This document shows, piece by piece, positions 35,773 through 49,825 of a DNA stretch of 64,000 bases (position 1 is its first letter; each line of letters opens with the position of its first letter). Source of the DNA: Eledone cirrhosa. Its lineage: Eukaryota. A program made the translations under genes and the position numbers. The DNA lies in NCBI GenBank assembly GCA_964016885.1, contig OZ024741.1, positions 157,790,001-157,854,000 on the forward strand, given 5' to 3'. The notes under the pieces are model-generated. The model was not told the origin of the DNA. It saw only the letters and a list, made by a program, of their open reading frames with translations, and did not search any database.

Positions 35773-35876
35773 ACACATATATTTGGGTATATACAGTATA
35801 TTTATATTTACATATATATATATATATGTATATATATGTAAATATAAATATACTGTATATACCCAAATATATGTGT
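35773..35876. repeat. Perfect ~46-bp inverted repeat centred on (AT)n
   Basis: acacatatatttgggtatatacagtatatttatatttacatatata is mirrored exactly, ending at 35876. Confidence 0.92.
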
Positions 35877-36025
35877 ATATATACATACACACACACATTT
35901 TATTCACACATGACATGTTACATAACTGATCGGCTCAAGGTACAAACAGTCACGATTGAGCCCAACTTTGTAATTAATAGCTCCCCAGATGATATGTGAA
36001 TCTTTGTGTAAATGCTTACATCAAA

Positions 36026-36085
<60 letters not shown>

Positions 36086-38388
36086 CAGAGGCATGGCTGA
36101 GTGATTAAGGCATTTTCTTTGCAACCAGTTGGTTCGGTGTTCAGTCCTGCTGCATTGTACTGTGAGCAAATATCTTCTACTAAAAGCTCTGGGTTGATCA
36201 ATGTCTTGTGAATTTGGTAGACAAAAACTGCAGAAGCTCGGTGTGTGTGTGTACCGTGACTTAGCAATTTGACAAGAGAGATCAATAAAGTACAAACACT
36301 GGGTTCGATATGATCGACTAAATCACAACTGTGCCTCAGTAAAGCCACAGAATAAAGGAAAAACAGAATATCTCTACACACACATATAGTTAAGTTATAG
36401 ACTTCATATACATGGATATAAAACTAGTTAGTTCTTTTCAAAGCTTGACCACCTCTCATCAGATGTGTTTTTTCCATACATGAGCATGTATGGCTCTTGG
36501 GCCAGGAAAGCTGTTTGAAATTTGTATTACAAACAGTTCAAATATATCTCACCTCAAGTGGCACAGTATTGTTTGTCTTTTCTGGTTTATGGATTTTTAA
36601 ATGACGTTTTAAAGTGATTTAAATTGGCTTACATGTCTTACTACAAATATGACATATGAATATGTCTGCTGGAATGTTGGACCAACTGTGTGAAGACAAG
36701 TTCTGAGTTGCGAAATTAAGCCAACCTTAGAAAAGCAAGTTTTACCACATGCTGAAGAGCTGAAGGATAAATCTTTCTGTGTTTAGCAAAGTTTTATTTT
36801 TCCATATATTTATTTTCATATTTGCATACTATCGTTGATCTTTACAAAATCCTTTATTATAAACCAGATCTCTTTTCAAGTGCAATAGATTCAACATCTT
36901 TGTATGGTATATTCAACTCCTTAAGACTAGTTTTTAGCAAGTCTTATACCATTTTTTTGTTTTGCACTGTTTTTGCTTCCCAATAGATAGCTCACCATAA
37001 AAATCCTTTTTGTCCCCCATCTGCAGTGACCAGTCCACCTCAGCTGAATGGAAACCAGCATAGAGTGAATGATGAGATATCTGCTCTTACTAAAACTTCA
37101 GTATTTGGTGTAAAGGATTTCCAGCTAATCCTATGAATTTGACAAGGGCACTAAGGATTTTATGTGGTGGTTGTAAGCAATCCATGTCTTTAATGAATAG
37201 AGAAAGGAGGACGGTATGAATGCATGATAGACCGGAATTTCTGTGCTGACCTTAATGTATCATGGTGACCACACATGATCCTGTAGAGAATGAAAGAACT
37301 TTGCTGCGCTGTCTAAAGTTCTGTTTGTGTTAACCATGCTGCCAAGGTACTCAAAGGAATCAACTGCTAACCTTTTATCTTTCACATATATTAGAAGAAC
37401 AATAGTGTCCTGCCCTGGTTGGGTTCATACATTACTACATTTTTCTTAGCATTGTTAATCCAAATATGTCACATGCAGCGTTAAATGCATTGATCAGATT
37501 TTGTAATCTGATCTCACTGTGAGATACCCAGTTATAATCATTGACATAAAGGAAATCTCTTATTTGAGATTTGAAATAGAAAAGATCACAATAGAAATTA
37601 AATCTTTAGTCTAATGCTGAAATTTTCACAATTTGTCCACTAGTCAAGATTGTATAAACATTTGAATTAATAAATCTGTTTTTAGACATTTTCTCCTAAA
37701 TCATTGTAGGATGTTATGAGCCAATTAATAATCACACAAATGTAACATTATTTTTAACATAATTGACAGCTTGATAGCAGGGATTGTTAAATGATAATGA
37801 TGATGATTGCATCATGTTAAATGCTATTTACCCTTGTACTACATATTTTCACAACAATCTGTCCACTAGTAAAGATACTTACATATTTTCTGTAAATCAT
37901 TACAGAATGTTGAGAGTTAATAAATCAATGATTCTTTAATGGGAGGCACTTGACTCCCAGAGAGGAATTTTAGCTTCGAGAGGTATCCAAACTAGGAAAA
38001 ATTAGTGTTCATTGTGAATATATATCAAGTGAAATACCAATATACCCAACTATAAGGGCAATCAGGAATTAACAGTTCACAGAAAACTGCTGCTTTAGAC
38101 TTAATTCTGTTTAGGATTATACAATTATTGCGGTTTAAAAAGCTTATGTTAATTTGGTGGGCAGGTAAAAATTTACTAGACGACAATTCGAAATAGAAGA
38201 GGAATTGAGGAGGAAACCTGAGATTGCAAGGAGAACAATTTTAAGATGCTTTACTTTTTAAACTTCTCTTCCACAACACATCTTGAGCCAATAGCGCTGA
38301 ATTTTTTTTTTGTTCTTTTTTGTTCTTTTTTTATATTTGTTGGACTGTTTTCATTTACTAAGTTTGCTGTTTTTGTGATATAATATAG

Positions 38389-38589
38389 GAAGATTTCGAA
38401 GGTGTTGTGGACACTGTTGACACCACCACTACTACCACCACGATGACCATGACAAGCATCATGCCTGAATTAGCTGTAACCCCCCCAGCTTGGGATAGTT
38501 CAACCAATAATATGAAAGCTACAGTGATTACTGACCTCTCTCTGCAACACCCACAAACTCCACCTGGTGTTGATGATGGCATGTTGTCT
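38389..38589 (+). CDS. ITSN1: Candidate cassette exon of intersectin between SH3C and SH3D (EDFEGVVDTVDTTTTTTTMTMTSIMPELAVTPPAWDSS...PQTPPGVDDGMLS)
   Basis: Long U-rich tract, tactaag branch-like site and atag acceptor; phase 0 open frame. The in-frame donor TCT|gtgtgt is weak (alternative G|gcatgt at 38579), so the 3' boundary is uncertain. Confidence 0.6.
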
Positions 38590-40219
38590 GTGTGTACACC
38601 TCCTTCTTTACTTTACTACTACTCTATCCCTCCTCTTTCTGCAACCATTAATATCTTTCTTACCTCTTTCTGCAACCATTAATATCTTTCTCACCTCTTT
38701 CTCCTTGTTCACCCCCCCCCCCTTCTCGTGTACCACTCTCCCTGCTGCTGCCTTCTCTCATGGATGCTTTCCTCCTTTTTCCTAATTCATCTCAGAGTTT
38801 TTTAACTATGTTATTTCCTCCTCTTATTGTTTCCTTAACGATATCATCATCATTATCACCATCCTGATAACCTCTCTACTACTGCTGGTGCCACAATAAA
38901 ATGCACCCAGTATATTCTGTAATGTAGTAAGTACTGGTGCTACAATAACATGCACCCAGTACACTCTGTATAGTGGCTAGCATTAGGATTGGTATCAAAC
39001 TGTAGAAACCATACCAAAATATGGAATCTATGAGCTAGATGTGATTATTCAACTATGTCTTGTCTCAAACCATGGCAACCCATCCAACCCATGCTAGCTT
39101 GTAAAATGAATATAAAGTGATGATGACACCTTATCTCACACAACTCATGTTTAATCCTTTTGATACCAACCTAGTCAAAACTGGGACTGGTTCTATGAAA
39201 GAAAACCATCCATTTTAAAGGGTTCCTATTTAAATTAAAATCTTCCAACATAATTTTTATGTATGAACTATTTGTTAAGTTACTATCATAGTAACGAAAT
39301 AATGATTTTAGTAAATCCCTAAAAGAAAATGTTCATTTTAATTAATTAAAATAGAATATATTTAATTAGAAATGCAGTTGTTAAAGGGTTAAACTCCTTT
39401 TAAAGAAGTGAAGAGGTAGGATGTTTTACTATCAGCAAGAGGCAAAACTAGGTTTAAATAGCGCCTATGTCAAGCAGTGAAATTGGGCCCCTGCCCAGCA
39501 CTGTATTTTTAAGTGTGGACCTAATAATTCATATAAATAGTTTAGTGATCCAGCCACTATAGTGCTTCTCACCCATGATAATCAAATGCAGTTCATACAT
39601 CTCCCTCTCCGACGATAGCTTATCCGACATGAATAGAAAGTGCTCCTAGTTCAAGTGTCGCCTCGCTTCAAGTGTCGCCCATAGCACAAGCCATGCTTGC
39701 CATACCCTATTTACACCTCTGCTATCAGCTCTTAGTTTGCTATTTCACATCTGTTGGACAGAACTTTTCATTGATTCAATATTGGCTAAGTTCACCTAGT
39801 TGTTTGCTAATAGATGGATATGACATGTGAAAAGGAAACCTACTTCTACTCATGATGATGGTCATGGAATGAACCTCCTTCATTTTTATATTGAGTATTC
39901 TAGTTGTTCAATCAACAAAATAGTCTGCTTGTGAAATTAATGTGTAAGTGGCTGAGTATTCCACTGATAGATGTACCTTTAACATAATTCTTAAAGAGAT
40001 TCAGCATGACATGGTTGGCTTTTTGAAATAGAGATACAATCCATTTGATGGGCTTCCAAACAGTTTCTGTCTACCCAATTTTACTCACAGGCCTTGGGTA
40101 AACCGAAAGCTATGGTAAATGACACCTACCCCAGATGCTATACAGTGGGATTGAACCTGAAACTTAATGACTGCAAAGTAAACATCTTAAGCCTTCAGTT
40201 ATGCTGCATCCAACGAAGA

Positions 40220-40290
40220 CACACTCATACACACACTCATACACACACTCATACACACACTCATACACACACTCATACACACACTCATGC
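40220..40290. repeat. (CACACTCATACA)n-type short tandem repeat, followed by a long CT-rich tract to ~40640
   Basis: Direct reading of the sequence. Confidence 0.85.
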
Positions 40291-42440
40291 ACATGCATAC
40301 ACATACATACTCGTGCGCAAGTTTCTATATTTGCTCATAATCAGCTCCAACTGTCATCTTTCATCACTCTCTTCTCAACCTGCTCCTTTCAAAAAACAGG
40401 TTTCTTTTATATTCACTCACCACTAAATCCATCCATCTTTCTCTCTCTGTCCATCTCTCTGTCTCTCTGTCCATCTCTCCGTCTCTCTGTCCATCTCTCC
40501 GTCTCTCTTACCACTTCTCCGTCACTCTCTCTCTCTCACTCTCTCTCTCTCTGTATATATATGTATCGTCCTCTTCCCCTCCTCATCTGTCCAACCATTC
40601 TACTTTTCATTTCAATCCGTATTATTTACCTTCCTCAATAGATCCTTGCTTCTTCTGAAATATTTTCTGAAGTTTAAAAAAAAAAGAATTTTATTGTTGT
40701 TTTTGCATGTATTTTGATCTGATTTTTTTTTTTTTGCATGTCTTTTGTTTGATTTTTACCATTATTTGAGGTTGATATAATTTTATGTACTTACCCTAAA
40801 CCCCAGATCTGTGACCATGTGGTTTTGTTAGAAATTATTATTATTTATTATAATTTTTGAGGAACGGAGGGAGGCAGGAGTCGATTAAATTGACCCCGGT
40901 ACTTGTTTGGTACTTATTTTTTTATCAACCCTAGAAGGATGAAAATCAATGTTAGCCTTGGCGGGATTTGAACTAAGAATGTAAAGAGCCCCCAAAAAAT
41001 TGTATTTATTTCCGCTCTCTACAATGTGTTTAAAACCCTTCAATATCAGCTTTGCTTTTCATCCTTCTGGCATCATTAAAATAAAATACCAGTCAAATAC
41101 TGAGGTTGATTTCTTTGATTTTTGCTTCCATCAAAATTACTGGCCTTGTGCTTAAATTAGAAACTATTATGATTATTGTTGTTGATGTTGTTGTTAAGTG
41201 TTGTGGAGAGGCAGAGTAGAGTGTTGGAGTAACAGAACTGGTAGACCAGAGAACAAAAATCCTTGTATTTAGTTCTCTCACTCCTAATTCTAAGTTCAAA
41301 TCCATCTGAAGTTGTTGCTTTTCCTTCACTTCAGGTTGTGTGGGGATACCAGTGAACTGGAAAATGATGAGTGATGATTGATATCAATCAAGTTTACCCT
41401 CTTTCACCAAATCTTTTACCATGTTGTAAATTTTCATTGTTATTGCTGTTGTTAACTGCAGAATTGTTAAAGTGTCAGGCAAAATGGTTTGTGGCATTTA
41501 GTTATGGCTATTTACGTTCAGATTTCAAATCCTGCCCAGGTCAACTTTGTCTTTCATCCTCCCAGGGTCAATAAAAGAGGGGTGACATAATCAACTTTCC
41601 TCTCTTCATAAATTGTAGAAACTATTAATTTGTCACGCTTTAAACATTTGAAAGCTTCAAAGTTGGACTGGATATCATTTTGAAAAATGAACTGAAAGGG
41701 ATTCAACAAAGCTTTATTATTATGCCGAAGTTAACTTTGCCTTTCATCCTTTTGGGGTCGATAAAATAAAGTACCAGTAATACACTGGGTAAATTGCTGG
41801 CCTTGTGCCAAATGTAGAAACAATTATTATAATTCTTATGGTTCGTTTTTTAAGTATTGAGGAAATTTGAAAATATATTTGCTTTTTGCAAAGCTGCCAC
41901 AATGCAGATATACGTAATATAGACAATAGTCAAACAAGTCGGGTAAAACACCCTTGCACGCAGTTATGTCCACTCTTTTTCATCTCCAGGGGTATTTTAT
42001 CCAACTTAATCAAGTATTATTGTGGCAGCTTAGCAAAAAGCAAACATATTTTCAAATTTCCTTTATGCTTTGTAAGTAAAGTAACTAACCAGTTAAAGCT
42101 ACTAAAATGATGGGAAGGAGCAGTTGGAAGTGCTTTGGTGTAATGGTATAATTATTACTGTATTTATCATAGAACCAACTATGCACTCTTCTCCTTAAGG
42201 CTTATTTTTGGCTCCATTACTTTTCTAAATTGTGAATTTGTTTTTTAATAACTAAATATAGGTGCAAGTATGACTGTGTGGTTAAAGAGTTTGCTTTGCA
42301 ACAACGATTCTGGGTTTAGTCGAACTGTGCAGCACCTTGAGTCTTTTACTATAGCTTCAGTTGGACAAGCACCTTGGGAGTGGAATTTAGTAGGCAGAAA
42401 CTGGAGAAGCCTATCATGTGTATATGTATGTATGTATGCG

Positions 42441-42473
<33 letters not shown>

Positions 42474-43789
42474 GTATGTGTCTCTTTGTTTAGTCCTGTA
42501 ACTTAACGGTTTGACTACAAAGTGATTGGAAAAAATATGTACTAGAGTTGATATGATTGACTAAAAATCCCTTCAAAGTAGTGCCAAAGCATGGCCACAG
42601 TCTGACTGAAACCAGTAAAAGTATATGGAAGTAAATATATTAGTTTACCTTTTATGTAATTTAGCCCTGATCAAGAAGACCTAGGGTCAAGTGTCCAGAC
42701 TATAACCAAAGTGTGCATTTTTTTTTTTTACTGTCTTTCTTTTAAATTCTTTTGATACCAACTCAGCCAAAACTTGTTTTACGAAAGAAAACCACACTTT
42801 TTATAAGGTTCTTATATAAGATTATGGAAGATTTTGATTTAAATAAGAACCTTTTTGTTAAGATGCTATCTTAGAAATGGAATGTTTAATAATTTTAATA
42901 AATCCCTCAAAATTATTCATTGAAATAGTGTATTTCAATAAGAAAACATCACAAAAGGGTTAAACCCATTTTTGGAAAAGTGAATATAAAGGAAATTTAA
43001 GTGTTATTTTTAACAAGTCAAGTGACCACATTGAAGGTTTCTTGTTGGCTTAAGTAAAGAGTGGCTATGTGAAAACAATTGAATATTTTCTAAAGTGAGC
43101 GCGCGTGTGTGTGTTAGTGGGGGGGGGGGGGGGGTATATTTGCTCTCTTTTTGGAAACTCCTACACACACACCTACCTACCTGAGCACCAGCATACCTAG
43201 TAAACAGATCTATAACCAGGACCAGTGCTAACATTTGGCCAACTGGACAACATAGGGTGCAGACCTCAGAGAGGCACATTGCTGAATCATAAAGGATCAG
43301 TTTTATACAAATTTGTATAATTAAATTAAATATATATTTATTTATTGTTATCAATAAATGATTAGTTAAACATCTTTGCTGTTAAACAGCATTCTAGAAA
43401 TATTCAAAGTACTAGAAATATATAATGTGCTTATTATGGACATTTAACACAGATTTAAATATTATAAAAACACATGGACAAGTGTACAGATCTGAAATAC
43501 ACTGAAACAAAAAGATGTTGACAAAAGCTATGTAAATCCAACCACTCTCTGGACCTGCATATATACCTACAGTAAGCTAAGTTAAGAATTATTAAAAGAC
43601 TTATGCTAACTTATCATTTTAATTACTGTTTATCATCATTCAAATATTCTTATAGAAGATATTAACATACTTAATTTCTTAATCTTAATATACTGCCCTC
43701 TCCCACCCCCACTCAGTATAGTGAGGCAGTTTTAGCTTATATGTTGATATTTCACTCCTATATATATATATATGTATATGTGTGAATGG

Positions 43790-45550
43790 TTGGCTAGGCT
43801 GTAGGTATATGCCATCCAGCCACCTTTTTACCTACAAATCAGTAAGGCACACAAGCCAAATTGACTTCATTCTCACTAAGAAGTGAGATTGGTGAATGGT
43901 TGTAAATGCCAAGTTCTTGCCTAGGGAAGAATGTATTTTCAAACATAGATTAGTTGTCAGTGACAATAAAGTAAGTGCTGGACAGACCAAGAAAGTAAAT
44001 CCAGTCTAGAGGAGCTGAAAGAATCTCCAGTTAGCAGCAAATTGAGAGAAGTCCTACAGGAAGCCTATTACAATAAGGAAAATGATTTGTGGACCAATAA
44101 CATATGGAAAAATGGGGAATTCCTACAAAACAACATACTGAAATCCACAGACCAGGTCTGTGACTGGAGCAAGTTCTCAACTAGATGGAGGACAGTGTGG
44201 TGGTTGAATAATAGGGTAGATAGAGCCATAAAAACAGAAAGAGATGGTTGGAAAAACTGGAGGAAAGGGGAAAACAGAGAACAATACCAGATAGCTAGAA
44301 GAAGAATGGCTGGACAACAGGTATGTTTAAAGGGAGAAGCAGAATAAAAGTTTGTACACATTCTATGTTAGGATTAGAGGTGTTCTGGATTGCAAGATAG
44401 TGTGCTAGACAAAGCCGAGATGTAGTTGGTGAAAAGTGTCTGAAATGATAGTGGAATACTTACCCTGTCTGATGCCGAGAAGAAAGCGGCATGGAAAGTG
44501 TACTGCAAGAGACTGCTGAATGAAGAGAATGGAACAGTGAGGGCTTACCCAATGTAAACCCAATTAAAGAACCAACTATAAAAGTTGACAACAGGGTGAT
44601 ACACAGCAATTAAGAATATGAAGGTAGGGAAGACAACTAGACCATCTGGTGATACAAGATGGTGTCATACCCATTGAGTGGCACAGCAGTAACATTGTGA
44701 ACTGCTACAAAGATAAAGAAGGTGCAATAGAGAGAGGTAACTACAGAGCCATCAAGTTGATGGACTAGGTCATGAAAGATTTTGAAAGGGTTGTAGCTTA
44801 ATTAATCAGACAGTTTAGTTAAATGAGCTCCAGTTTGGCTTTATGCCAGGAAGGGGTACTATCAAATCCCTCTTTCTGGTGAGACAACTGCAGAAGCACT
44901 TAGCTAAGAATAAATCTTTGTACTTGGCTTTTGTGGCTCTAGAGAAAACCTTTAACAGTCCCCTGCTCTATAGTCTGGTGGACTCTAAAAAACGTAATGG
45001 GTAGACGAATGGCTAGTGAGGGCTTTGCAAGCCATGTATAGAGGAGCAACCAGCAATGTGAGAGTTGGCAGTGTGTAGTGATGAATTTGAAGTACAGATC
45101 TGGGTCCACCAAAGCTCAGTCCTCAATCCACTTCTGTTTGTTATTGTCCTTCAGTCCATCATTGAGGAGTTTTAAACTCGTACTCCTTGGGAGCTCCTAT
45201 ATGTTGATCTATTCCTTATAGCTGAACCCATGGGAGTGTTAGAGGATAATTCCAGCCATGGAAGAAAAATCTAGACTCAAAATACTTAAAAGTAAACAGC
45301 AAAATCTAAAGTCTTAATAAGTTGGAAGGAAGACAAGGAACTGACACCATCAGGGAAGTGGCCTTTGCTCAATGTCTGGGCAGAAACTCCATACGGTGCA
45401 TGTAGTACAATCAATGGACACATAAATATTGTAGTGGGATTGCACGCAGGTTAATGAATATAGACTATATGTAGCAGTTTCACAAGAGAAGTAAGCACTA
45501 CGAGCACACATGAAATTGATTCCCTCGGTTACATAGAAGTTATTGATTTC
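43790..45550 (+). mobile_element. Old decayed RTE LINE (EN C-terminus through RT)
   Basis: QIDFILT, RGNYRAIKL, QFGFMPGRGT, VHQSSVLNPLLF and SGKWP motifs, with many stops. Confidence 0.8.
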
Positions 45551-46540
45551 TTTGCTTCTCTTTTAGAGCTGTTACTTTCCATACACATCACATGTCCATA
45601 CTTCTACTCCTCCTAACACTCACTCACCTACACATGTGCATGCTATCCAAGGTCACTACTTACCCATCCTCCCAAGCTACCATGCTTGCAGAGCATTATA
45701 CCCTTATTAGATCCCTTAGATAACAAAAGCTGTCAATAACATATGAGCTTCAAGGTTTTGCATCTGTGGATATGTGAAGAACTTGAACTAATATGAGTGT
45801 GTGTATGCATAGTTATGATTCTCTTCAACATCAATTCTGTGTGGAGATAAACAATATAAAGTTATCTAAAAACGGGTGAGTCAATAATAATTATCTGACT
45901 TTGAATGGAAAACATATCTAACTGGAAGACAGAAAACATTAGATTTTATCAATCAACGTTTGTTTATTCATTATAATGGTAATATTTTTTTCCTTTTTAA
46001 CCCTTTTGATACTAAACTTCCAGAAAGCTACCCTGGTTCTACAATAAAAGCTGTTAATTTTAAAGTGTTATTTATGTAAAAAAAATTCCATCATTTTATG
46101 TAAGAACCTTTGTTAAATCGTATTCCAAATACCAGCTTAATTTTTATCGTCCTGTACTGATTAAAACTGCATTAGTAAAACATTCTTAAAAAGTACAACA
46201 CAGCATTATGATGCTTCACATTAAAAATTTAAGTCTTTGTTAGTTAATTGCAAATTTTATTAATCTGCCTACCAGAGAAGATACTATAAACATGTAAATT
46301 AACAAACCTGTTTTTATATATTTTCTGCTAAATCATAAGAAACTGTTATGGGTTAATACTGAGAAATTTAATCATTACTAAATCCTTCCAAATTCTTGAT
46401 TGTGTTTTCAAAATTAAAGTCAGTGCCTGTCATCAGAAATTTTTTAACAAAAGGGTTAAATTAAATTATTTTTGCATAATAACATAAATTGGATTGTTTT
46501 TAATTTGACTGATGTAGAAATTTTCTCTTTCAATTTTTAG

Positions 46541-46568
46541 ACTGGACAAAAACTAACAAAGAAGCCAG
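46541..46568 (+). CDS. ITSN1: Intersectin 28-nt microexon (TGQKLTKKP)
   Basis: tttttag acceptor and AG|gttagt donor; phase 0->1; completes the conserved KKP|EIA start of SH3D. Confidence 0.9.
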
Positions 46569-46729
46569 GTTAGTGATGCTGTTTGTTTGAATTACCTCTG
46601 CAGCAGATTTATTTATTCTTACTTTTTCTGAAACTGTTTCGTGAATTTTGATTATCATGTTGATGCCAAACTGCTTGAAACTGGCTCTTGTTCTACATTA
46701 CAAAACTTTATTTTTAAAGTATCCAAATT

Positions 46730-47095
46730 AAGAATCCTTTATCCAAAATTCCAAAATCTGAAAGTTTTTCTAGTGCTGGTATAACTCACACAAATGAAAA
46801 ACTCCACAGAATATATGTAATTTATATAAAACTACCCTCAGAGTATATGTAATATATATAAACCTACCTTCAGTATATATAAAAAGGATATGTGATAGAC
46901 ATGAAAAACTACCTTCAAGGTATATGTATAAGCTGTATTATAAAATGTAAATGGATATTGTATTTAGGCTTAGGTTCCATCCCCAAGCTGTCCCATTTTT
47001 TTTTTGATATTGTATACAAAGCACAAAACTATTCCAAAATTTGAAATCTGAAACACTTTTGCTCCTAAGCTTTTTGGATAAAGGTTTTCAACCTA
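46730..47095. mobile_element. Tigger-like MITE remnant
   Basis: AATCCTTTATCCAAAA ... TTTTGGATAAAGGTTTTCAACCT inverted ends. Confidence 0.55.
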
Positions 47096-47750
47096 TTTAT
47101 ATATCTAAAAACCATCCATCATAATTTTATGTATAAACCTTTGTCAGGTCTCTAACATCGTTTTAATAATGAGAAAGTTAAATTACTAAATTGGTTCTGA
47201 TGATGAGTGTTCCAGTTGTTTGAAATAATAGAACAGCCAGCTTGTGAAATTAACATACAAGTGGCTGAACATTCCACAGACATATGTGCCCTTAATGTAG
47301 TTCTCGTGGAGATTCAGCATGACATAGTGTGGGACAAAGCTGGCCCTTTGAATCATATCTACAACTCATTTGTGTTAGCTGATTAGACTGGAGCAATGTG
47401 AAATAGTATTTTCCTTGAGTATGCAGTGAATCAAACTTGACTTTACGATCATGAGCCAAACACCCTAACCTCGGAACTTTCACAATAACTACAAACAGAC
47501 ACATAAACACACACTCACTTACATAGGTAGATACATATAGGTACAAACCTAGATGCAATTACACATGCATATGTAGACACACCAAGCTACGAACCTGGAA
47601 CAGATAATATTTGAATTAACAAGCCTGTTTTTAGAAATTTCCTGTTAAATCATTACAGGATATTAAGAATTAAAACCATGATTGCTTTATATCTTTCTAC
47701 TTTACACCTCCATTCACCCAAATGTTATTTTTACATGTCTTAAATTTCAG

Positions 47751-47872
47751 AGATTGCATCGGTAATTGCCAGTTATACTGCAACTGGCCCTGAGCAACTG
47801 TCCCTGCAGCCAGGCCAGTTGATACAGGTGCGCAAGAAGAGTCAAAGTGGCTGGTGGGAAGGTGAATTGCAG
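47751..47872 (+). CDS. ITSN1: Intersectin exon, SH3D ([41 protein letters not shown])
   Basis: tttcag acceptor and CAG|gtaagg donor; phase 1->0; closely matches the vertebrate ITSN SH3D sequence as I recall it. Confidence 0.96.
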
Positions 47873-48842
47873 GTAAGGTAGTTGTAAATTCAATTGAATA
47901 ACAATTAACCCTTTTGATACCAAACTGCCTCTCATTCTATGATTTAAAAAGAAAAAAAAATCTTTATTTTAAAGTATTTGTCCTCATCAGTATTTTTACA
48001 TTTATTTTTCCATGCATGGGTTGGATGGGATGTTTTCAGTCAATTTTTCATGGTTGGATGCCTTTCTTGACACCAACTCATTTAGTCACCTCTTACAACA
48101 TACAGGGATATGGTGTGCCTATTCTAAAAACTTTCCATCATAATATTATGTAAGAACCTTTGAGCTACACTTCAAATGCCATCTCAATGAGAAAGTTAGT
48201 TATTTTACTAAATCTCTTCAAATTCTTGATTAATTGAAAATCATAGGCAATATCTTTCATTAAAAATGGGGTAACAAAATGGCTAAAGTAAAAGCCAAGA
48301 TATAACATTTATATTGTCCCTGTACTTATGTATGGCTTATTTTGTCACTTGATCTGCAAAAAACAATTTAAAAAGTTTAAATATTTTGATGTCATGTTCT
48401 GGGAATTATTAATGGTAAACAACTAACAGGGTTAAAATATTACATCTATGAGAAATTACACAACCAATTTTTGATAAAATTATTTTTAAAATCTCTTTCT
48501 CAAACTATTTGAGCACATAAGACACTCATTTTGTGGCACCTCTAAAACCTATCGGTGCCTCGCTCGCCTTTAACTCCATTGTTGTTACAGATGAGCAAGT
48601 GACTCTTTCATGCTTGATGCTCTATGAAACAAAACCACCCATTTTCACCTTATCTAAATAAAAATTTTCCAACATAATTTTATATAAGAACATTATGGTA
48701 AGTAATCTTAGTAATGAAATAATTGAGAATTTTAGTAAATCCCTCAAATTTCTTCATTAATTAATTAAAATAGTGTATTTCATTAAAAATGTGATCATGA
48801 AAAGGTTAATGAGTTTACTTTTTTTCTTTTTTTCTTTTTCAG

Positions 48843-48971
48843 GCCCGTGGTCAAAAGAGAAAGATGGGCTGGTTCCCTGCAAATTATGTAAAACTACTTG
48901 GCTCCTCTAGTGCACGATCAACACCTGATCTCCAACAAGGAATGTCTCCTAGCCCTCAGCTGCAGTCTATG
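48843..48971 (+). CDS. ITSN1: Intersectin exon, SH3D end plus linker ([30 protein letters not shown]...QSM)
   Basis: Poly-T cag acceptor and ATG|gtacgt donor; phase 0->0. Confidence 0.95.
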
Positions 48972-49424
48972 GTACGTCATTATGTAGCTTGGCATGTGTT
49001 GATAATATTGTGTCAATCTATTCATGGTGTAATATTGTATGTATGATTGATGATTTTTTTATGATGTTGCATGGTGGTGAGACATGGGCTGTAGCAGAAT
49101 GGGAATGGGCTGACTTGACTGTAATCAGGGATCACAATTTTTAGAGGGGCCCAAATTAATTTTTCTACAACCATAAATAATATACTGTATGTGATGAAAT
49201 CTTCAACCAAATTGTTGCAAGCTTAATTTACCTCAGGACCTTGGTAGTGAGTGTAGACGATATACAAAGGTTGGAGAGAAATGAATCGAGCATGCTTTGT
49301 TAGATGTGTAATGTTAATGAACATGAACAATACTGCATAGATGAACTGAGAGAAAAACCGAGTATAAGAGGAACTAGATTTTTCATGCAGGCCATAGATA
49401 GGTAGATATTAGTGTAGTGTGTTT

Positions 49425-49459
<35 letters not shown>

Positions 49460-49478
49460 ACACTATATATATATATAT

Positions 49479-49825
49479 ATCTATCTATCTAGGGCGGGTA
49501 AAATTCCCGAGATCCATGGATGAGTTCTCTCCAGCGGTCTCTGTCCCTCATTATCGCTGCCATGTCCTGCGTTTCCAACAGACCAGTGTCTGTCCTTAGG
49601 GCATCAACATATGTTAACCTTGGTCTTCCTCTTCCAGTGTGTCCATGCAGGGGCTCCCACAGGAGCACTGAGTGCAGTGTCAACTCTGGATGTCGGTGAG
49701 CATGTCCAGCTAACCTCAGTCTCCTCTGTGTCACTTTATATACACATACATATCTCTCTCTCTCACTATATATATATACACTCGCTCACACACACACACC
49801 TCTCTCTCTCACTATATATATATAT
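49479..49825 (-). repeat. 347-bp direct duplication, copy 1 (contains a LINE 3' end with a (TAGA)n tail)
   Basis: Matches 50476-50822 at offset 997 with ~2 mismatches. ORF QRRLRLAGH..RH..VLLWEP..GRGRPRLTYVD is an RTE-like C-terminus. Confidence 0.92.
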
